This document shows, one piece after another, positions 30,273 to 41,324 of a stretch of 64,000 nucleotides of DNA; the stretch's first letter is position 1, and every line of letters begins with the position of its first letter. The notes beneath the pieces were generated by a model that was not told the DNA's origin, made no database searches, and saw only the letters and a list, made by a program, of their open reading frames with translations. Source of the DNA: Candidatus Levyibacteriota bacterium (lineage in GTDB: Bacteria; Patescibacteriota; Microgenomatia; Levybacterales; UBA12049); NCBI GenBank assembly GCA_963716145.1, contig OY970292.1, positions 469,171-533,170 on the forward strand. Reading direction: 5' to 3'. The position numbers were made by a program, and so were the translations under genes.

Positions 30273-30875
30273 ATGTCAAAAAAGCTGATTGCTATTCTGT
30301 TTATTTTTATCGCCGCAACATCTGCTCTCATATTTCTCAAGTTTATCTACCTGAAAGCCTCCCCTCTTCAATCAATACATGATATAGGATTGCAACCTAC
30401 ACCTATTCCTGAAGCCTCAATTTCCCTCTTTCCAGGCCTTTTGGTTGCAACCGCCAGCCAAAGCGCTCAAATAAATGTGGCAGTAAATTCCAATCTTGCT
30501 GATAACAGCTCTAAGCTAATTCAATTTGAGCTAAGCTACGAACCTACTGCCTTATATTATGTAAAGGTAGTCCCGGGAGATTACTTAATAAATCCGGAAG
30601 TCGTTTTGAATAATATTGATATCAGAACCGGCCGGATATCCTATGCAATTAAAGGAGACTCTTCAAATCCAAATTCAAATATAGTAGCTGTAGTTAATTT
30701 TAATATTGCAAACTACGGCATTCATAAGGAAACGGAGATTTCTTTTCTTCCCAAAACATTGATCAGGCAAGGTGAGGAAAAAATTAACTTAAAAGCAGCA
30801 AGTGGAGCAAAAATTATTCTAAAACCTTTGTTTTTCATTCCACCGGCAAGTCCCTCAGCAGCTGTAGTTAGATGA
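30273..30875 (+). CDS. Membrane-anchored cohesin-like protein
   Basis: TM anchor and QFELSYEP...GRISYA...VAVVNF pattern. Confidence 0.6.
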   Translation: MSKKLIAILFIFIAATSALIFLKFIYLKASPLQSIHDIGLQPTPIPEASISLFPGLLVATASQSAQINVAVNSNLADNSSKLIQFELSYEPTALYYVKVVPGDYLINPEVVLNNIDIRTGRISYAIKGDSSNPNSNIVAVVNFNIANYGIHKETEISFLPKTLIRQGEEKINLKAASGAKIILKPLFFIPPASPSAAVVR

Positions 30876-30877
30876 AA

Positions 30878-31276
30878 CTAAATTTCCTCCACCTTCCAAC
30901 TATCCTGAGAATGTGTTACGAAGACCCCAACAACCGGTACATACGGTCCAACCATATCCTGGATAAGAGCGGCTGCCTTTCTGACATCTTCTATATGTTT
31001 GGCATCATCAACCGGATGTCCGGCGCATTCCTGGTGTCCGCTTACCAAAATACCTTTGGACTTATGATTTTTAATAGATACGTCAATTTTACCCCTCAGA
31101 TCATAGCGCAGCTCATCTGTCAGAATGTTTGCCAGAATCCCCACTTCCCCAGCCTCAGTGATGGTATCCGCATAAAGTGCACCGAATTTTTTCTTGCCAA
31201 AATCAGAAAGCGGCTGCTGCACTCGTCCATCCATACAACCGATAATTGTGAAAAATGTTTCGTCTATATTGGCCAT
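30878..31276 (-). CDS. Beta-carbonic-anhydrase-like protein
   Basis: CMDGR and HQECAG zinc-ligand motifs. Confidence 0.75.
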   Translation of the reverse strand: MANIDETFFTIIGCMDGRVQQPLSDFGKKKFGALYADTITEAGEVGILANILTDELRYDLRGKIDVSIKNHKSKGILVSGHQECAGHPVDDAKHIEDVRKAAALIQDMVGPYVPVVGVFVTHSQDSWKVEEI

Positions 31277-31297
31277 TGTTTAATAATAACATATCTA

Positions 31298-31645
31298 TCA
31301 AACCACTTCTCCCTCAATTACCTGTCTTTTTGCATGCTGCTTGAGGATATCGAGGTTTTTGAGGTTGGCATGATGGAAAAAATCGACAAAATCTCCAATA
31401 ACCGGTACCAAACCTATGAAAAAGTTAGTCATTATGTTTGAAAGCATTTTGGAGATAGCAGAAGCAGGCAAGCGCATTTGAAGACCAATCCAGACAAGGT
31501 ATAGTGACAAAAATGACACTAAGAAATCCCCCACAACCGGAATGAGACCAAATATCCCGTTCATCCCAAACCTGAATTTAAGAAATTTGAATTTCCCATC
31601 AAGAAAATTTGCCATAACTTCAGCGGTTTTCAAATGATTATCCAT
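31298..31645 (-). CDS. DUF4112-like membrane protein
   Basis: RFG...GLIPVVGD...GLVPVIGD..D....AN..N pattern. Confidence 0.8.
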   Translation of the reverse strand: MDNHLKTAEVMANFLDGKFKFLKFRFGMNGIFGLIPVVGDFLVSFLSLYLVWIGLQMRLPASAISKMLSNIMTNFFIGLVPVIGDFVDFFHHANLKNLDILKQHAKRQVIEGEVV

Positions 31646-31697
31646 AAAAGAAGTATAACTTGAGAATTTGAGAATTGTGTAATAAAATTCGGGGAAT

Positions 31698-32189
31698 TTA
31701 TACTTTAATTTCCTGCTTAATGCCGGCTCTTTCTTTTACATCAGCCATTTTTGCTCTTAATTCTTCCAAAGTTACTTCTCTGTGTTGAGCTGAGGACTCC
31801 TTATAACGCCCGCTTAATATAGTCCTACCCTCATCGATTTTAATTGAATCTGCGCCGGGGAACCATTGGCTTACCGCAGGCGAATCAAGAAGTCTTCTGG
31901 CGCGCCCATTTGTATCGTCCCTATGAAGATCTACATTCTCCGAGTCGGCTTCCTTCGCTTGCGCTTCAATTAATGCATCAAACATTCCGACAGCATCGCC
32001 AACTTCAAGACTTTCGTATTTAGGCTTAGGATCGGGACCAGTTTCTCCTCTCAGCCCTCTCCATATCCTTCCCAACAAACTTCCTCCTCTTGGGGACTCA
32101 CCTGTGGACGCAGGAACCATATCTTCAACCATTGCGGGGGATTCTGATCTTCTCGGTTCTTGTATTTCTATATCACTTCCTTCGGCCAT
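31698..32189 (-). CDS. Hypothetical protein
   Basis: ATG ORF with TACAAT 6 nt upstream. Confidence 0.6.
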   Translation of the reverse strand: MAEGSDIEIQEPRRSESPAMVEDMVPASTGESPRGGSLLGRIWRGLRGETGPDPKPKYESLEVGDAVGMFDALIEAQAKEADSENVDLHRDDTNGRARRLLDSPAVSQWFPGADSIKIDEGRTILSGRYKESSAQHREVTLEELRAKMADVKERAGIKQEIKV

Positions 32190-32231
32190 ATTTTTATTGT
32201 ATCGTATTGGAAGCTTTTGTCAACAACAATG

Positions 32232-32304
32232 TGGGTGCTAATAGAATCGAACTATTGACCTCTTTCTTATCAGGAAAGCGTTCTAGCCACTGAACTAAGC
32301 ACCC
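32232..32304 (-). tRNA. tRNA-Ile(GAT)
   Basis: GGGTGCT acceptor stem, CT-GAT-AA anticodon loop and GTTCGATT T-loop; CCA not encoded. Confidence 0.93.
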
Positions 32305-32308
32305 GTTT

Positions 32309-32393
32309 TAGCTAATAGCACATGGCTAATAGCTTATAGATTATACCGTATAACTTCGTTTCTGACCATACGCTATATGCCATAAGCTATAGG
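32309..32393. repeat. Inverted pair of TAGC/GCTA-type heptamer arrays next to tRNA-Ile
   Basis: tagctaa tagcaca tggctaa tagctta ... ccatacg ctatatg ccataag ctatagg. Confidence 0.8.
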
Positions 32394-32442
32394 CAAATGA
32401 CGAAGTCATTCTACAAGGTCCGGCCTCCTGGGGTAGAGTTGA

Positions 32443-32610
32443 TCACTTTCTAAGTTTTTTCTTATCAGTTGAATTTTTTTTGAAAATTAGGTTACCGGAA
32501 ACATTCTTCCACTGGCCAGGCTGCATATCCACAGCCTTATCCAGCTCCTTCTCACTATGACCCGTAAAGTCAGCATCAATTTCGTGTTCGTTTATTATTT
32601 CTTTATCCAT
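32443..32610 (-). CDS. Small hypothetical protein, 55 aa (MDKEIINEHE...)
   Basis: Below the ORF-track cutoff. Starts 7 nt after the stop of the upstream gene on the same strand. Confidence 0.5.
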   Translation of the reverse strand: MDKEIINEHEIDADFTGHSEKELDKAVDMQPGQWKNVSGNLIFKKNSTDKKKLRK

Positions 32611-32617
32611 ATTTAAT

Positions 32618-32842
32618 TTAATGATGCGCAGTACTCTTTTCCGCCTTTCGTCCTCTACCTGATTTTACAATTCCCCTACCCAATAGAAAAAGAGCGCCAC
32701 CAATTGCAACTGGCCATAATACACTTGCTGCTATTATCTCAGCAACTCCGTACACCATCAAACCCAGTCCCCCAACTTCTGCCGTTACACCCACAGCATC
32801 TCTTGGTCTGAAATTATTTTTTCCTCCGCGTTCTGCTGACAT
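32618..32842 (-). CDS. Small 2-TM hypothetical protein
   Basis: GAGGAA RBS-like sequence and a hydrophobic hairpin. Confidence 0.6.
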   Translation of the reverse strand: MSAERGGKNNFRPRDAVGVTAEVGGLGLMVYGVAEIIAASVLWPVAIGGALFLLGRGIVKSGRGRKAEKSTAHH

Positions 32843-32854
32843 AATTTCCTCTTT

Positions 32855-33151
32855 CTAGGCAGCTTTTGCTAAATGCACAGGTCTTCCAGGTTTCATATCT
32901 CCTTTTAACTTTCTCCTCGCCCACTTGGATCCTTCAATTTGAATTTTATCAGAACCAGCCCAAGCACCGGTTGCAACAAGTGCCAAACCTGCCAAGGGAA
33001 TTCCTGCAAGTAACGCAACTCCTGAAACAATAGCGGCAGGCTTACTAATACGGTAAGATGCTCTATTGTACGTATCAATAGGGCCAAGTACGCCCTCCTC
33101 CCCCGGTTTGGGTCTGGAGCTTTTCCAAAATGATTCAATTCTTCCTGCCAT
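32855..33151 (-). CDS. Small membrane hypothetical protein
   Basis: AAGGAA RBS-like sequence and a hydrophobic core. Confidence 0.6.
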   Translation of the reverse strand: MAGRIESFWKSSRPKPGEEGVLGPIDTYNRASYRISKPAAIVSGVALLAGIPLAGLALVATGAWAGSDKIQIEGSKWARRKLKGDMKPGRPVHLAKAA

Positions 33152-33269
33152 ATTTTCCTTTCTTTGCCTAATCTTATAGATTAAACTATTTGGTTTAAAA
33201 CTTTATTAAAGATTTGTAATAATTTAATATTATTTCTGCCGTTTTAGTCAAAATCCTACGGATTTTGAG

Positions 33270-33342
33270 AGGCGCGAAAGGGAGTCGAACCCTTGCATGG
33301 AAGTTTTGCAAACTCCTGCGTTAACCACTTCGCCACCGCGCC
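33270..33342 (-). tRNA. tRNA-Cys(GCA)
   Basis: GGCGCGG acceptor stem, TT-GCA-AA anticodon loop, GGTTCGACTCC T-arm and U discriminator. Confidence 0.93.
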
Positions 33343-33474
33343 ACGTAAAAATTTGCTTTGCAAATTAACGTGGCTGGAACGTTTAAATTTATGGAATAAA
33401 TTTATTACGTTCTGCCATTCATCACAAAGCTTGTTAATTTTAGCACAGCCTCGCTAAAGAGGCAATCAGGACAC

Positions 33475-33498
33475 AAAAAATCCCGCATAGTTGCGGGA
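33475..33498 (-). terminator. Intrinsic terminator-like hairpin
   Basis: TCCCGCA-loop-TGCGGGA followed by TTTTTT on the minus strand. Confidence 0.65.
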
Positions 33499-33527
33499 CG
33501 AGTTTGTTCTTACTTCTTATAATTGTC

Positions 33528-34046
33528 TCACAAGCCTCTTATGTTTTGTCCTACTCGCTCTCGCAGTCTTGATTGAAAATCGGTTACCCTCGCATCAAGC
33601 TCAGGTCCTGGTGTATTACCAGCTAAAAACCTTCTATGCCGAGTCAGAGACCGTTGCCATAAAACAGAATCGGCTTGCTCACGATTTTGAGCAGCAGTTG
33701 CAGAGGCAGCACTGTGTAAAAATTCAGCCAGATCAAAAGGTTTGTGCCGACTCAAAATTGGATAAGCTCGATGACCCCTTACCATTGTAGATGCCAAAAC
33801 AATTACCTCTTGATCGCCCTTATCTCCTTTCATTGCTTCGACTAAATCTCTGGTTAACTCATTTACATTTAAAATTCCTGTCCCAAAGCCTTTAGATATA
33901 TCGTCACATCTATCTGTTACCGTTTGAACAGACTTATTAATTCCTTCTCTGACCGCACTGTCATCACTTGAGAACTCATCAGCAAAGCTCATTAAATCCC
34001 CTTCTAAATCTGGATCTATTCCTTCTAACTCTCTATACGCCGTCAT
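33528..34046 (-). CDS. Hypothetical protein
   Basis: TTGACA-16-TATAAT-7-ATG at 34046. Confidence 0.6.
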   Translation of the reverse strand: MTAYRELEGIDPDLEGDLMSFADEFSSDDSAVREGINKSVQTVTDRCDDISKGFGTGILNVNELTRDLVEAMKGDKGDQEVIVLASTMVRGHRAYPILSRHKPFDLAEFLHSAASATAAQNREQADSVLWQRSLTRHRRFLAGNTPGPELDARVTDFQSRLRERVGQNIRGL

Positions 34047-34110
34047 GAATGCAATTATACTACAGATTTGAGTCTTGTCAATCGTTTTGCCTGCCGTTAT
34101 AGTCAAAACG

Positions 34111-34138
34111 CAAAAAATCCCGCAGTTGGTGCGGGATT
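34111..34138 (-). terminator. Terminator downstream of the 16S rRNA
   Basis: ATCCCGCA-loop-TGCGGGAT followed by a T-run. Confidence 0.7.
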
Positions 34139-34404
34139 GTTTGTTAATTTAAATACACTTTAAACTTTTAATTCTGCTTTGCAGAAAACCAAGATGTGGT
34201 AGGAGAGCGAGAGTAGAAATTGTTTTATCCTAAGTGACCTAACTAAGTGTTAGGTTGCTCCGATAAATCGGAGTTTGCGGATAAAACCAGACGCTACTCA
34301 CTTCATCTGTTGCCACATTTTTCCGTGCAGCCATTAGCCAATAGCTATTAGCTATTTGCCATATGCTACTACGTTATATGTCTTCCCCTTTCCTTAAAAA
34401 AAAG

Positions 34405-35881
<1,477 letters not shown>

Positions 35882-36239
35882 AATTATAGAAGTTTTAAGG
35901 CTTCTAAAATCCTGTGTCAGGTTATTCTTTTTTATCCAAACTTGCGTCGGGATAGAGGAAAAAACCTGATAAAAATTCCTACCACATCTTGATTACCAAA
36001 CACCTTTTTCCCTTACAAAGATAGGTTGCTTGGTTCCTCCCTAGATTAAGGAGGTTTTAAAGTGTACTTAAATTATTAAAGTGCTCTTCGGTTCGCTTTG
36101 CTCTCTCAGAGTAAACTGCTCAGTCTAATGAAGTATGTAAAATAAAGACTTGTGCTGAGCTTGCCGAAGTACAAAAAATCCCGCCAAATGCGGGATCGGT
36201 GTCCAAAACATTTAAGCTAGGTCTTTACATACCTTTAGT

Positions 36240-36267
36240 ATTATACTTGATTTTGAAAATCTGTCAA
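36240..36267 (-). promoter_or_regulatory. 16S rRNA promoter
   Basis: Perfect TTGACA-16 nt-TATAAT. Confidence 0.8.
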
Positions 36268-36424
36268 CCCAGGAGTTCGAGGACTAGGTATATGAAGAAG
36301 GTGGAAGGCTAATTTTCAATTTTTAATTTTCAGTTTTCAATCAAATTACAATGACACGATTTTGAAAATTTAAACATTGAAGCATTCAATGAAAATTGTA
36401 AATTGAGAATTGAGAATTCGGAGC

Positions 36425-37297
36425 TTATTTACTCTTCCGTCTGAGGAACATTCCCCCAATTGCACTAGGTATCAGTCCAAACAAAGCTAAGCTTTCTGGT
36501 CCTGTATCAGGTGTTTTTGTTGCTTTGGTTGGTGGATAGACAGGCAATCCTCCTTTAGTTGTTGGTGGGTTAACTGTAGCGGGATTGGTTGGGAATCCAC
36601 CTTTAGTTGTAGTTGGATTACCAGGATTTGTTGGATTGCTTGGATTACCAGGCTGTGTTGGGTTGCTAGGGTTGCTAGGATTGCTTGGCTGATCCGGATT
36701 GTTAGGGTTACCAGGGTTTGTAGGAGTAGGTGTTGGAACACCTTTCTCAATACAAACTGATGCATTATCTTGTCCTGTTTTGTTGTCTACTGTAATAATA
36801 GATTGGTTAACAACACAGACTATGTTCTGGTCACTTGGGAGCTTATCATTTCCTCTTACTTTAACTTTAACGAAAAAGTCGCGTGATTCATCCTTTGCCA
36901 GGGAGTCAATCTTGATTGTTAAGGTTTTTGAATTCTGATCAAATGTTCCACCCATACCTTCAACAAAGTCTACAAAATCAGGCAGGATATCTTTAACTAC
37001 AACATTTTTAAGGGTATCACCTGTTGTATTTCTGACAGTGATCTTAAAGATAACTGTTTCACCACTTCTGTACTTTGCGTCAGATACTCCAAGGTTATCA
37101 ACAAAAGCACCGCTTTGAGGATTCTTTACAGTTTTATTGATCTCAAACTGAGGAGTCTTAACACATGATTCTCCACCACCATAGATAGGCTGGCATTGAT
37201 TTGTACCATAGTTAGTAGAAGCTGCAAAAGAGACTCCTGCTGAAAGAGCAAGAAGAGTAAGAGCTGTTACTGAGACTTTAAGTATTGATTTATTCAT
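36425..37297 (-). CDS. Secreted DUF11-like protein with an LPXTG-like (TPDTG) sorting signal
   Basis: Signal peptide, FKITVRN...NVVVKDILP, Pro/Asn linker, then TPDTG, a hydrophobic segment and RRKSK. Confidence 0.78.
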   Translation of the reverse strand: MNKSILKVSVTALTLLALSAGVSFAASTNYGTNQCQPIYGGGESCVKTPQFEINKTVKNPQSGAFVDNLGVSDAKYRSGETVIFKITVRNTTGDTLKNVVVKDILPDFVDFVEGMGGTFDQNSKTLTIKIDSLAKDESRDFFVKVKVRGNDKLPSDQNIVCVVNQSIITVDNKTGQDNASVCIEKGVPTPTPTNPGNPNNPDQPSNPSNPSNPTQPGNPSNPTNPGNPTTTKGGFPTNPATVNPPTTKGGLPVYPPTKATKTPDTGPESLALFGLIPSAIGGMFLRRKSK

Positions 37298-37485
37298 AGG
37301 TTGGTTAAACTTATAACTGATTACTTATAACTGATAACATTTCGTTATTGTTATTTGTTATGAGTTATCAGTCGTCATAACTTGTTATCTGTTATTAGTT
37401 ATCAGTTGGAGAACTATAGCATACATTATAGGACCTTGTCAAGAGGCAAATCGTATCCAGGCCTATCATCTATAAGACACGAGGC

Positions 37486-38031
37486 TCAAATTAAGATTTT
37501 TAGCTTCTCAAAATCCTCCTTTATTAATTCCTTTAGCGGTGGGAAGCGGAGGGCCGCTGCGGGGTGAAGAGTTACCAAATACGTTCTCCCCTCCTGCTCA
37601 ATGATTTTTCCATGCTCGGACTTAACCGGAATTTTATAACCCAGAACTCCCTGCACGGCTACATTTCCTAACAACACAATTATTTTAGGCTGGATAATGT
37701 CCAACTGAGCCATTAGATGGGTTCTACCATGAGCTATGTCTGATGGAAGCGGAGTTCCGCGATCCGGTAAATATTTTACAGGACTAGTAATAAATACGTC
37801 TTCTTCCCTGAGCCCCACTTCGCGGATCAAACCACGAAGTAACTGACCCGATCTTCCGATAAATGGCCTTCCGCTTGCCGCCTCCTTCTTCCCCGGCGCT
37901 TCCCCGATAAAAACAATGTCCGCATCAGGCCTCCCTTCCCCGGGAACGGGTAAGCCGCTTTTGCCGACTTTACAAAGTTTGCATTTCTCAATTTCTTTGG
38001 CAATTTTATCCAAGGATTTTTGTTTATTCAT
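37486..38031 (-). CDS. Uracil-DNA glycosylase, family 4-like
   Basis: CKLC, IGEAPG, GRPFIGRSG and HPAAALR motifs. Confidence 0.9.
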   Translation of the reverse strand: MNKQKSLDKIAKEIEKCKLCKVGKSGLPVPGEGRPDADIVFIGEAPGKKEAASGRPFIGRSGQLLRGLIREVGLREEDVFITSPVKYLPDRGTPLPSDIAHGRTHLMAQLDIIQPKIIVLLGNVAVQGVLGYKIPVKSEHGKIIEQEGRTYLVTLHPAAALRFPPLKELIKEDFEKLKILI

Positions 38032-38267
38032 AATACTATTATAGTAAGTATTCTATCAAAGAATAAAGTAAAATAAATAGCCGCTTCAGATGCAAATTTT
38101 GATATAAAATTGCCATATTGCATTTCCCCAAAACTTCATATATTATTACATCTTAATAAGGATAAATTGTATAAATTATTATGCCTAAAAAGATGATTTT
38201 TCTCCAAATTAGACAATTTTTTTATACTACCTGATCTGCTCTTTTCGAAAGACTGTTGATATAACTT

Positions 38268-39881
38268 ATGTCATATATTACCAAAACTCTACCAATTCCA
38301 AGCTTAAAATCAGGCTACTATACTCCTTTGCTGTTAAGTGAAAATCCAAGAGGTAAAAGCATTGAGGAGACAGCTAGCGATATTCATACACTTCTCACAA
38401 AAGTTTTTGATCGAAGACCAATACTGCGTCATGTCGTAGAGAAATACGGTTCAATGACCACCTATGAGATTTCTAGAGCTTATGCAAAAAACCCTCATAT
38501 TTCAACAAACAAAACACGGCAAAATGAGTTTATAAAAGTATTTGAAGAAGAATGCGCGGCAATTCTAGGCTCAGTTGTCGCTCATAGCGCGGCAAAGCAG
38601 CTTACCAAGTGCTATTCCCTCTCTACCACTGAACACCACGCCCCGATAACCCATCCTAACTATCTAAACAGCAGTATGCAGGAATCAATCTACCAGGCAG
38701 ATGAAGCAAACTTTGACTTAGAAAATATTATTGTGCTTGCGTGTTCTAATATCTCGTTTGATAATTATGCTATCCCAAGAGGATTGCTGTTCAATAGCTT
38801 TATAAATGGAAAAGCAAGCCTGAACCAGCTGGTCTTTTTCCCAAGAAACGTAAGACCATACCCAGTATATAATCACCCCGCTTACAACGATAAGTCTATT
38901 CAGGATGCAAAAATCCGCATCGATTCGTGGCTAAGAGAAAAAACTATAAAACCAAAAGACGCGGAAAAGCTATATTATCTGCTTGATGAAATCTATGGAC
39001 AAAAAGATGTCTTAGCTCTTCCCTCCTTCTCTGACCAAATAACCAAAACCAACGCTCTTTTATGGCAAAAGCTTTTCGTAGACAGACGCGCTCCAAATAT
39101 GGTTTATCTGGAACAGGAACGGATCATCAATAAGTTGATAATTAAGCATCATCTTTATGAATCAACTATAGTCAATAAAATTTTACTTGATCCTGCGCAC
39201 CAGGAACTTCTTGAGAAGCATTTTGACGGAATTATGGGTGCTTTTTCTCTTGAAAAAAAATTGGGGACATATCTTTTCTGGGGAATGCCTGCGGGCCAAC
39301 ACTACCGCAAAAAGTTGTGGAAAGCTGGAAACAAACTGGTTGCGGATGACGGATCATATGAAGTTGAACTTACGCCTGAGGCAATTAAAAAAGCAATAGA
39401 GAACAAAGAATTAATTCCAAGCACTATGCTTTCATATATTATACTCAGTTTTTATTATGGCCTGCAGTTAAGAGGCGGCTACAATCAAACCACATATCTA
39501 ACGCTTATGAAAAATGCTTTTGTTAATTTATGCCGCGATCTTAATGACGTTGAAAATTATAAGGCATGTGCTGGAGTTCCCACAAAGAGACTCTCAATGT
39601 ACCGCCCGCTGCTTGCTTTTATTGAATCCGCAACTGGGGATCGCACAACTGCGACAAGCATAGATATTTTTCTCTATGGAGACAAAGATTCACTGGATAT
39701 TATGAAACAAAATGCCAAGAATATTCCATTTAGACATGCATTCTACCGCGCTCTTCCAAGCATTTACCGGCTTGCTTATGGGGAACACGAACAGGATGAA
39801 AAGCTTCTTTCAGTAACTGAGAAAGAAATTAATGCCTTTACGGGCTTTGACAAAAAACTACTTACAATTGCCGCTATTTAG
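38268..39881 (+). CDS. Hypothetical 537-aa enzyme-like protein
   Basis: Long soluble ORF with EHHAP..HP, SN and GGYNQ..YL segments; family not identified. Confidence 0.75.
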   Translation: MSYITKTLPIPSLKSGYYTPLLLSENPRGKSIEETASDIHTLLTKVFDRRPILRHVVEKYGSMTTYEISRAYAKNPHISTNKTRQNEFIKVFEEECAAILGSVVAHSAAKQLTKCYSLSTTEHHAPITHPNYLNSSMQESIYQADEANFDLENIIVLACSNISFDNYAIPRGLLFNSFINGKASLNQLVFFPRNVRPYPVYNHPAYNDKSIQDAKIRIDSWLREKTIKPKDAEKLYYLLDEIYGQKDVLALPSFSDQITKTNALLWQKLFVDRRAPNMVYLEQERIINKLIIKHHLYESTIVNKILLDPAHQELLEKHFDGIMGAFSLEKKLGTYLFWGMPAGQHYRKKLWKAGNKLVADDGSYEVELTPEAIKKAIENKELIPSTMLSYIILSFYYGLQLRGGYNQTTYLTLMKNAFVNLCRDLNDVENYKACAGVPTKRLSMYRPLLAFIESATGDRTTATSIDIFLYGDKDSLDIMKQNAKNIPFRHAFYRALPSIYRLAYGEHEQDEKLLSVTEKEINAFTGFDKKLLTIAAI

Positions 39882-40419
39882 AAGGATTATTAAGATGCCT
39901 CACCGCTTCGTACAATACAATTCCTAACGAAACCATAACATTCAGACTTATATTTACCCCATACATCGGCAACTCGACAATCTGATCACTCATTTTGAGC
40001 ACTTCTTCGGATACTCCGTCTGTCTCATGCCCGACAACTATCGCGACCGGGAATTTATATTCAACTTTATCATACGGCACAGCCCGCTTATCCAATTCCA
40101 CAGAAATCACCTGCAAATCTTTAATCTTTAATCTTAAATCCTTAATCGCCTCTTTGGCAGTCGGAGAATAGCTCCAATTCACCCACTCTGTCGTATTGAT
40201 TGAAGCTTTCTGGATTCTATGATTTGGTGGGGTTTCGGATCCTTCGCATAAAATCACCTTAGTTGCGGCAATTGCGTCAGCCAAGCGAAAAATAGCACCG
40301 ATATTGTAAGTATCCAGGACATTGTCCAAAACTATATAAATCGGATTTTTCTTGAGCTTTTTTTTCTCCTCTTCGTTAATTGGTGAGTGCCTCAAATCCT
40401 TCGCTGCGAGCTTGATCAT
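39874..40419 (-). CDS. TrmH/SpoU family RNA methyltransferase
   Basis: NIGAIFR, GHETDGV and LPMYG..ISLNV motifs. Confidence 0.9.
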   Translation of the reverse strand: MIKLAAKDLRHSPINEEEKKKLKKNPIYIVLDNVLDTYNIGAIFRLADAIAATKVILCEGSETPPNHRIQKASINTTEWVNWSYSPTAKEAIKDLRLKIKDLQVISVELDKRAVPYDKVEYKFPVAIVVGHETDGVSEEVLKMSDQIVELPMYGVNISLNVMVSLGIVLYEAVRHLNNPSK

Positions 40420-40438
40420 GAACGTATTATACTATAAT

Positions 40439-41296
40439 TTATTCTACAACGAGCTCCGGCTCAGTCTTTCTGGCAAAATAAGAAACTGTCAATATTATCA
40501 CTCCCCCAATAAGCATGTTCCATGTTATGCTCTCATTAAGAATCAATACCCCTAAAATAATTGCACCTATAACCTCAACATAGGAAAGAAGAGCAGCGGT
40601 TGATGCTTTTATTTTTTTGAGGGCAGAAAACCATAAAAGAAAAGCGCATATACCAATAATTACCGAATAAACGGATGATATAAATATTTGGCTTATTGTG
40701 GGTAGTGGTGTATTGATAAAAATAAAAGGTAAGAAAATAAATACGCCTAAAAAATTTTGATAAAAAATCATCTCTAATTTAGAGTAACGAATAAGCTGCT
40801 TTTTAAATAAAATAGTGCTAAAAGCTGATAACATAGCTGAGACAAGCATTGCGCTCATGCCGATAAAATCTTTATTTGTAAAAGAAAACTCTTTATCTGC
40901 AAAGACAATAATTATTCCTACAAAAGCTACTAGCAAAAGCAATAATTTTTGCTTAGTAATCCTTTCCTTTAATAGCAAGGCACTGAATACCACTGTAAAT
41001 ATGGGCCAAGTATAAAGAATGATAATCCCGTTACCGATAGAGGTGTGCATAAAACCAAATAACCAAAGAAATATCCGAGCTGAGGTTATTAACGAGAGAA
41101 AAATCGCCATTTTATTGGCAGTACTAAATAAGTTTTTACCTCTGTATATAAAATAAATCAACAAAACTAATGTGGGCACTGTTACTCTGAAAAATGACAT
41201 TGTAGTTGCCGGAAGATTTATAAGTTTTACAAAAATACCGGCGCTTCCCCAAATCAAGGATGCAATTATTACTTCAAAATAAGGATTAATAAGCAC
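40439..41296 (-). CDS. DMT/EamA family transporter
   Basis: About 10 TM segments in two repeats (IWGS..., LLKER, ILNES). Confidence 0.88.
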   Translation of the reverse strand: MLINPYFEVIIASLIWGSAGIFVKLINLPATTMSFFRVTVPTLVLLIYFIYRGKNLFSTANKMAIFLSLITSARIFLWLFGFMHTSIGNGIIILYTWPIFTVVFSALLLKERITKQKLLLLLVAFVGIIIVFADKEFSFTNKDFIGMSAMLVSAMLSAFSTILFKKQLIRYSKLEMIFYQNFLGVFIFLPFIFINTPLPTISQIFISSVYSVIIGICAFLLWFSALKKIKASTAALLSYVEVIGAIILGVLILNESITWNMLIGGVIILTVSYFARKTEPELVVE

Positions 41297-41324
41297 AACT
41301 AATTATAGCATGCAATTTTTTTCT

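Noticed and set aside
30872-31441. 189-aa plus-strand ORF
   Set aside because: It is antisense to the carbonic-anhydrase-like and DUF4112-like genes, which have recognisable motifs.
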